Assembly: GCA_964016885.1 (NCBI GenBank)
Contig: OZ024743.1
Location: 274,722,001 to 274,786,000, forward strand
Source of the DNA: Eledone cirrhosa
Lineage: Eukaryota
Direction of reading: 5' to 3'
Length of the DNA: 64,000 bases
Part shown: piece by piece, positions 54,750 through 64,000 of the stretch
Numbering within the stretch: position 1 is the stretch's first letter
How the letters are laid out: each line of letters opens with the position of its first letter
Notes under the pieces: model-generated
Told to the model about the DNA's origin: nothing
Seen by the model: only the letters and a program-made list of their open reading frames with translations
Database searches by the model: none
Program-made: the position numbers and the translations under genes

Positions 54750-56180
54750 GGTTTATTGATAACGACGAATAGAAGGACATTACAAGGACAGGTTCCAAAT
54801 GTTATGTATGTTATATGTATCTTTATGTAAGGGTGCGTAGGCATTTTGAACATGTGTATATAATTAAATGTCTTTCTTCAGCCGTTTAGTCCAAGAAAAT
54901 GCTGATCGAGAAATTGTATGAATGAAATACGTGTAGAACAAAAAGAAAAGAATATCAGGAAATATGGTATACATGGTATACCGCTAATCACTGAACCCAA
55001 CAGATCGATGGTCACGCTGACTACCGAGGGAAATTTACCCCTCTTAGTTGTTAATCCCCATCCAACAGGTACATGTTGAGCGTAGGCCTATTCCCTAGGA
55101 ACAACCACGGCACTGCCACCAATTTTTCCAAAAATTTACCGAAGACCAGCACCTCTCGCAGTACCCTCACTTTTCTACACAAGTGGACCTGGAAATATCG
55201 AAGATGGCTTGGCCAAAGAGGAATATATGGCGTCAGTTAGTCCTTTCAATCACGTCCATCCCAAGACGGAGGAAAATTGCCTGTGCTCCCTGGCCAAAGG
55301 AAGGCGATCTTCACAATAAAATTAGCAGATAGCTGGATCCATCTTTTTTACATGCAACAACAACTGTTCGACGAAACTCAGCAATGCTTAGACACTGAAC
55401 GAATGCATACGAAACGGCTTCCTCGTTCTGTGCGCATATCGGACAGACCCTGATAAAGAAACTTCCGTGCCTATAAAATATGTATCTTGGACTGACAACG
55501 AGTCCTGGAAATAATGACAGACCGGGGATTTTAGGATGTTAGCCAATATCCTCGAACCAAAAGCTGAATGTCCCCCGGATCAGACCAGCCTGTTGATTAA
55601 GATCCAGATCTAGAATTTACTCAAGAATGCCGTCACTTATCCTCACCACTAGTTATCTATAGAATGTCATGGTGGAAGTTCCACTGACCGCATTGCTTGC
55701 CTGGTAGTAAGCAATGAACTCCTAACAACAATCCAAATGCTAATTGCCTTGTCTCGGTCTTCTTTTGACTCTAAGGTGCAGTTCCACCAAAGAGAGGGTC
55801 TATAAGAAAATATGCCTAACAAATGGTGACCACACCTGCTCACCATCTAAACATCTCTGCATATACCGAAACTATAACGCATGTTAACGCATTAATGCTG
55901 GTAACAGATAAATAACCTGACTCGTGAAAATGATCCCATCCACAAGAATCTAAAGCGCAGGAGCTCCTGTCTAGTCTCGCCCCGATCCGTTTCTGAGGTG
56001 GGACTAGCTACCCTGCTTGTAACTTTATCACATTTCTTATACATCTGTAGCAACTTTAACCGGACCATTGGTCCAACACTTAATATCGCTGGCTGGTAGG
56101 ATAGACTTCCCTGTCTAGGTAAATTTGAACTTAGAATGTGAAGAAAACTTAAATAAAAAATACCGCAAGGTATTTTCTCC
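54750..56180 (-). mobile_element. Old, degenerate Tx1-clade LINE ORF2 C-terminal fragment
   Basis: Minus-strand remnants VCPICAQNEEAVSYAF (approx. 55400-55450) and similarity to the GPVKLL/WDKVT region near 56030-56090; many stops. Confidence 0.6.
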
Positions 56181-56755
56181 AATAACTTACCGATTGTAAC
56201 ATCGTAATGCTAATGGTAACACTAAAACACCAATTACAACAACAGCAGCAGCAGCTGCAGCAACAACAGCTGCAGCAACAACAACAAGAATAACAAAAGC
56301 AAAAAAAAAAAAACAATGACAATAATAACGACGACATCAATACCAACAATAGCTACAAGAAGAACAGTAACAACAATAATAACAATAACAGCAGCAACGG
56401 CAACAGCAATAACAAAAATAAAAACAATAAAATAGTGATAACAAGTGCAACAGCAACAACAACAACAACAAAAACACGAACAGCAACAACAACAACAAAA
56501 ACATCAACAGCAACAATAACAACAACAAAAATACCTTCATCATCATGAACAACAACAACACAACAACAACAAAAACAGCAACAGCAGCAACACCAACAGT
56601 AACTTCATCAGTAACAACGAAAATAACAACAATAGTAATAACAACATGGACATAACACGATTGACGTAACACTGAAACCATTGTTACAAAACTGACTGAC
56701 ACAACAGGTAACGACAATGTCATAATATATCCTATATTGAGACGGATATATGTCG

Positions 56756-56858
<103 letters not shown>

Positions 56859-56902
56859 TGTGTGTGTGTGTAATAGTCAGTCAGGCAGAAAGACATATAT
56901 AA

Positions 56903-56988
<86 letters not shown>

Positions 56989-57034
56989 GTTCACGGCTGG
57001 AAAACACAGAAAGCAACTCGTCACATATTTACGT

Positions 57035-57091
<57 letters not shown>

Positions 57092-57137
57092 AAAATAACA
57101 GGAGGCTGGACTGGTGTAAATCCTTGAAAGGTTTATT

Positions 57138-57195
57138 ATACTATGATCATTTCAATGACCGGCTTCCGTATGAATCCGGTGATATCATCAGGTAT
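57138..57195 (-). ncRNA. Type I hammerhead ribozyme motif
   Basis: ATAC-CTGATGA-TATCACCGG..CCGGTCATT-GAAA-TGATCA-TA/GTAT; palindromic stem III ATGATCAT. Confidence 0.78.
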
Positions 57196-57553
57196 TCGAA
57201 ATATAATAAATGCATGTAACAGATAAAATCCATGCGGCTGAAAATCATAGACCCGAGGACGACCGACCATCTAGCATCTTCCACTTTAGTCGGTCGCAGT
57301 GGTGAACCTTCAAACCTAAATATATATATATACACACGCACATACACACGCATACACTCTCGTATATACATATATATATATATAGAGAGAGAGAGAGTCA
57401 GAGAGAGAGAAAGAGAGAGAGAGAGGGAGAAAGAGAGTGAGAGAGAGTAAGATATGAATGCCGGGTTCAATCGGGGGTAACCACAGTAAGCAACAACTCA
57501 ATACATTAGTAGAGTGTAAACATCATATATATTAAACATGATATATATTTATA

Positions 57554-57691
57554 CAGGTAAAATTCCGTTATGACGAATACCATTATAATGAATTTTTCAG
57601 TATAACGAATTTTTTTCGTTATACTGAAACGCTCGATTTGTTTCGGTCGATCTCGTTATATAGAATTTTTCGTTATAACCGAATTTCACTG
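57554..57691. mobile_element. Tigger/pogo-like MITE
   Basis: TA-CAGGTAAAATTCCGTTATGACGAA ... TTCGTTATAACCGAATTTCACTG-TA. Confidence 0.72.
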
Positions 57692-57998
57692 TATATATAT
57701 ATATATATATATATATACAGATGGCGTAGGTATACAATGCAACGGGAGGAAACATAATAGCACCACTGACGATGTTGCAGATGTGCAACGAAAGAACTTT
57801 GTTAGACTATATATATGTGTTTGTGTCTATATTGTATCTGTATTTTTGACCGTTGGTCAGTCAATGGCAACATTGAGGACTGAATAAATTAAATTAACCG
57901 ATATAAAAGACACAGAAGCGAAAACCAACCAAACAGTGAGTGTGTTCTGTTATTAATTCTGGCAATATTATTACACAAATATGACCCTCCCCAAGTAT

Positions 57999-58052
<54 letters not shown>

Positions 58053-58088
58053 AATATTAATAAATATAGACATTCATGTGATCAAATA

Positions 58089-58154
58089 TATTTTATTATA
58101 CATATTTCAGAGGTACTGAGCTATTTCAACAGTACGTCCTCATCAGATAAAATA
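58089..58154 (-). ncRNA. Type I hammerhead ribozyme motif
   Basis: TATTTTAT-CTGATGA-GGACGTACTG..CAGTACCTCT-GAAA-TATGTA-TA/ATAAAATA: 8-bp stem I, paired stem II, AUA site. Confidence 0.85.
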
Positions 58155-58219
58155 AGTTGATGCCTGACATACCTTGACTATGTTGATGGTTATAATTTAG
58201 TCATGGCAGTCATATATAT

Positions 58220-58303
<84 letters not shown>

Positions 58304-58326
58304 GTATATATATGCATGTGTGTGTG

Positions 58327-58406
<80 letters not shown>

Positions 58407-58621
58407 CAGTATATCCACAACATATAATGTATCAGTGTGCATGTATGCGTGTGTATGTGTTATAAGACTTTGTTCATAAAGTAGACAAAATTCAGGTGTC
58501 ACTTGAAACCTACTCGTGTCTTTCACATACATCTGCTGTAATGAATCAATATAGAAAAAGACTACAAATTCTGTAAACATTGTCACGTTTTTCATATACA
58601 GGATATTCTTCAATGTATACA

Positions 58622-58700
<79 letters not shown>

Positions 58701-58830
58701 GTGTGTAGGAGGTGAGTTTTATTGTAGTACAATAAAGCAATGCAGATATCGGATAAGAAGCACTCTACAGTTTGTAGGACTGGAGTATACATAATATATA
58801 AGATCAAAAGATGGTTAAAAGAGTTCCATG

Positions 58831-58901
58831 TATTTTATTATGCGCATTTCAAAAACAAATATCATCATGCAATAATATTTGTGTTTTCATCAGATAAAAT
58901 A
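58831..58901 (-). ncRNA. Type I hammerhead ribozyme motif
   Basis: TATTTTAT-CTGATGA-AAACACAAATATT..ATATTTGTTTTT-GAAA-TGCGCA-TA/ATAAAATA; palindromic stem III ATGCGCAT. Confidence 0.85.
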
Positions 58902-59085
58902 GGAAGACATGATATGAAGGTTAAAAAACACTTGTGAATAGTGCAGTTTTAAATCAACATATATATATATATATGTAGAGGTTATATTTAATTTGTTGGG
59001 ATACAACAAGCAAAATATTTTTATAACTGAAGGTTGCATTTTTTCAGGGTATGTCAATATTTATTTATAAAACTAATCTATATTA

Positions 59086-59151
59086 TATTTTATCTGATGA
59101 AAGCGCACCATAATCTGCCTTGGTGGCCCTTGAAATACGTATAATGAAATA
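59086..59151 (+). ncRNA. Type I hammerhead ribozyme motif
   Basis: TATTTTAT-CTGATGA-AAGCGCACCA..TGGTGGCCCTT-GAAA-TACGTA-TA/ATGAAATA; palindromic stem III ATACGTAT. Confidence 0.85.
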
Positions 59152-59399
59152 AATATGGTTTTATAATTATAGTTTCCATTTGTTAATATATTGTGTATAT
59201 ATATATATATATATATAATACATACAATTATACATACACATATATATATATATGTGTGTGTGTGTGTATATATTTATGGACAAACATATATATATACATA
59301 AATATATATATGTGTGTGTGTATATATATATGGACATACATATACATACATATACATATATATATGTGTGTATATTTATGCACATACATACATATACAT

Positions 59400-59430
<31 letters not shown>

Positions 59431-59469
59431 CATATATACTTATATATATACATATATACTTATATATAT

Positions 59470-59541
<72 letters not shown>

Positions 59542-59988
59542 CACACACATATATATACACACACTGATATAATTATAATAAATGATGAGACAGAAGACTT
59601 TATGAAATAAACAGTCTTACCTTGATGGCTAATACCGGGGTTTGTAACACCCGCTACATTCATGTAACATAGCTGTTCACACTTTCTTACTTTCCGCGCT
59701 AGTTTTTATGTTTTCCTTTTGATTTTTGAAAACACGAGAACCAACTAAACTTATGTGTTGACTGACTGAGTGAGACTGAGAGAGTAAGAGGGTGGAGTGA
59801 CTGTGTGAGTGAATGACTGTGAGTCTGTGTGTATGTCGTATACGTTGTGTGGTTGTTAACTAAATGTGTGTGTTAACATATGTGTATGTTTGAGCTAATG
59901 TATGTTATGTATGTGCGTGTGATTGTTTATTAAATGTATATATATAATATATAAGAACAAAAGATGGTTAAAAGAGTTCCATGTATTT

Positions 59989-60022
<34 letters not shown>

Positions 60023-60511
60023 CGTACTTATGTATGTACGTGTGATTGCTGACTAAATGTATATATGTGTATGATGAGCTTATGTATTTTATGTATGTGT
60101 GTGTGATTGTTTACTAACTGTATATATGTGTATGTTTGAGCTTATATATGTATATATGTGTGATTGTTTACTGTATATATATATATGTGTGTGTACGTGT
60201 GATTGCTGACTAAATGTATATATGTGTATGTTTGAGCTTATATATGTATGTGTGATTGTTTACTGTATATATATATATATATATGTGCGTGTGTATGCGT
60301 GCTTATGTATGTACGTGTGATTGCTGACTAAATGTATATATGTGTATGTTTGAGCTTATGTATTTTATGTATGTGTGTGTGATTGTTTACAAAATGTATA
60401 TATGTGTATGTTTGAGATTATATATGTATATATGTGTGATTGTTTACTGTATATATATATGTGTGTGTGTGTGTATGCGTAGTTATGTATGTACGTGTGA
60501 TTGCTGACTGA

Positions 60512-60574
<63 letters not shown>

Positions 60575-60614
60575 TATGTGGTGTATTTGCGTGTATGTTG
60601 TATATGTTGCGTAG

Positions 60615-60680
<66 letters not shown>

Positions 60681-60775
60681 ATGTTTATGTATTTGTGTGT
60701 GAGTGTGCGTGTGTCTGCGTGTGTGTTTACTGTGCTTTATGTATGTATATATGTATATACATATATGTATATATC

Positions 60776-60815
<40 letters not shown>

Positions 60816-61102
60816 CTATGTATATAGGTATGTATATATACAGATAGATATATAGATAGAGATAGATAGATAGATATTATCTGTATATGTATGTATGTAT
60901 GTGTCTATATATGTACATATATATGTATCTATGTATCTATGTATGTATATGTCAGAGTTGTAGCTACTTGTGCCTTGTTTGTAAGTTTTCATATGTTTAC
61001 TGCGGTTGTTACGCCTGTTGTGATTGTATGCGCATGTGTATGTGTGTGTGTGTATGTGTATGTGTGTATGTGTATGTGTGTATGTGTGTATGTGTATGTG
61101 TA

Positions 61103-61135
<33 letters not shown>

Positions 61136-61579
61136 GTATGTGTATGTGTGTATGTGTGTATGTGTGTATGTGTGTATGTGTCTCTGAATGTTAAACTTAA
61201 CGTACAGCTGTCTTCACCTTGCGTGTATGTGTGTATGTGTGTATGTGTGTGGTGTTTTAGTGTCGCTGTCAATGCTGTGTGTGTATGCGCGCATTAACTT
61301 TGCGTGTGACAGTCTGTTTCATGTATGTACATGTGTTCGTTATAGTGTTCATGTTTTGTATGTATGTGTCTTTGTATCTGTGTATGTATGAATGCGTGTA
61401 TGACTGCATGTCAATATGCAAGTATGTATATATGTAGGTATGTAAGTACGTATGTATATATATATATTGTATATGTATGGGTGCGTGTATGTTTGAATGT
61501 ATGTATGTTCGAGCTTATGTGTGTATCTATATGTAGGTGTGTGTGTGCGTGTACGTTGCTGCTAGTGGCAGTTCTTTCT

Positions 61580-61663
<84 letters not shown>

Positions 61664-61929
61664 GTTGTGGTTGTAGCTGGTGATAGTTGAGTAAATGTGA
61701 ATGTGTGTGTTGTAAATTAAGTGTGTGTGTGAGAAAGAGAGAGTGTGTATGTGTGCGTGTAATTAAATGTGTCGCTTTCTAGTTGCGTCGGTTTAAGAAT
61801 GAGTTTAAGATTGAGTGTGAGAGTGGCTGTGTGACTGAGTGTAAGTGTGAGTGTGAACCGTTTACTTGAGTGTCGATGGACTCGAACAGTTATTGTCAAC
61901 AGTAGATGTTAGTGAAGGTGCGACAGATT

Positions 61930-63336
<1,407 letters not shown>

Positions 63337-63512
63337 AAGGCTGTACGTTTCTCTGGCAACGGTGATGCTAAAACAATGATTACACGTGTGTTATTCCTCG
63401 GAGTTAGGAGTTCTCTATGTATTATATCCATCAATCTCACTAGCTATCTATCTAGCTATTTGTTATCCATATCTATCTCTTTAACTGCCAATCTATCTAT
63501 CTATCTATCTAG

Positions 63513-63629
63513 CGACTAATTTTTTAAATTGCATTTGTGATAACATTTTACACGTTTTTTTTTTATGTAAACTTCCCCCTTTGTATTTGTCCCTTTCTTT
63601 TGTGCCCCTGTGGCTAATAAATAAACATA
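63513..63629 (+). mobile_element. Tx1-clade LINE 3' UTR fragment
   Basis: Reverse complement of 41800-41915; (TCTA)n on both sides. Confidence 0.85.
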
Positions 63630-63760
63630 TCTATCTATCTGTATCTATCTATTCATCCATACCTATCTATTTATCTGCCAATCTATCTATCTATCTATCT
63701 ATCTATTCATCCATATCTATCTATGTATTTATCTATCTAATCTATCTATCTATCTAACTA

Positions 63761-64000
63761 CCTTCTCTCTATATCGGCCTGTAGGTTGAGGAAAAAGAGG
63801 AAGAGAGGAAAGGGGTACTCACTCTTCGTACTCCTGGAGATGAGGGTTGCACATTTTTTTCGGGGGTATGTGTTACCCATATGAAATGTCTACCCCTATT
63901 GGGGAAAATCGATTGTTTTTTAAATTGCATTTGTGATAGTATTTTACACGTTTTTATTGTATGTAAACTTCCTCCTTTGTATTTGTCCCCTTCTTTTGTG
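63761..64000 (+). mobile_element. Tx1-clade LINE ORF2 stop plus 3' UTR (runs off window)
   Basis: CCTTCTCTCTATATCGGCCTGTAG matches the ORF end PSLYISL*; UTR matches the 26.5/41.8 kb copies; preceded by (TCTA)n. Confidence 0.87.

Overview
AT-rich, microsatellite-saturated animal genomic DNA. The SINE set and the repeat landscape suggest an octopus/cephalopod (inference). No host protein-coding gene could be supported; most ORFs in the track are simple-repeat artefacts. The window is a transposon graveyard in which different retroelements sit in different microsatellites. (1) Eight 5'-truncated Tx1/L1-clade LINE copies are all flanked by (GATA)n in the same relative orientation, five of them head-to-tail at 41.8-47.3 kb; one keeps a 604-codon RT ORF. 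(2) An R4/Dong-type RLE fragment lies in (TAA)n. (3) RTE-clade LINE ends with extra C2H2 fingers, and their non-autonomous derivatives, lie in (CATA)n. (4) At least ten type I hammerhead-ribozyme motifs with palindromic stem III lie in short pieces next to (TA)n, several inside fold-back palindromes, as expected for Penelope-like element termini. Two short copies begin at the predicted self-cleavage site. Also present are tRNA-derived SINEs, several MITEs (one triple nesting) and minisatellites.
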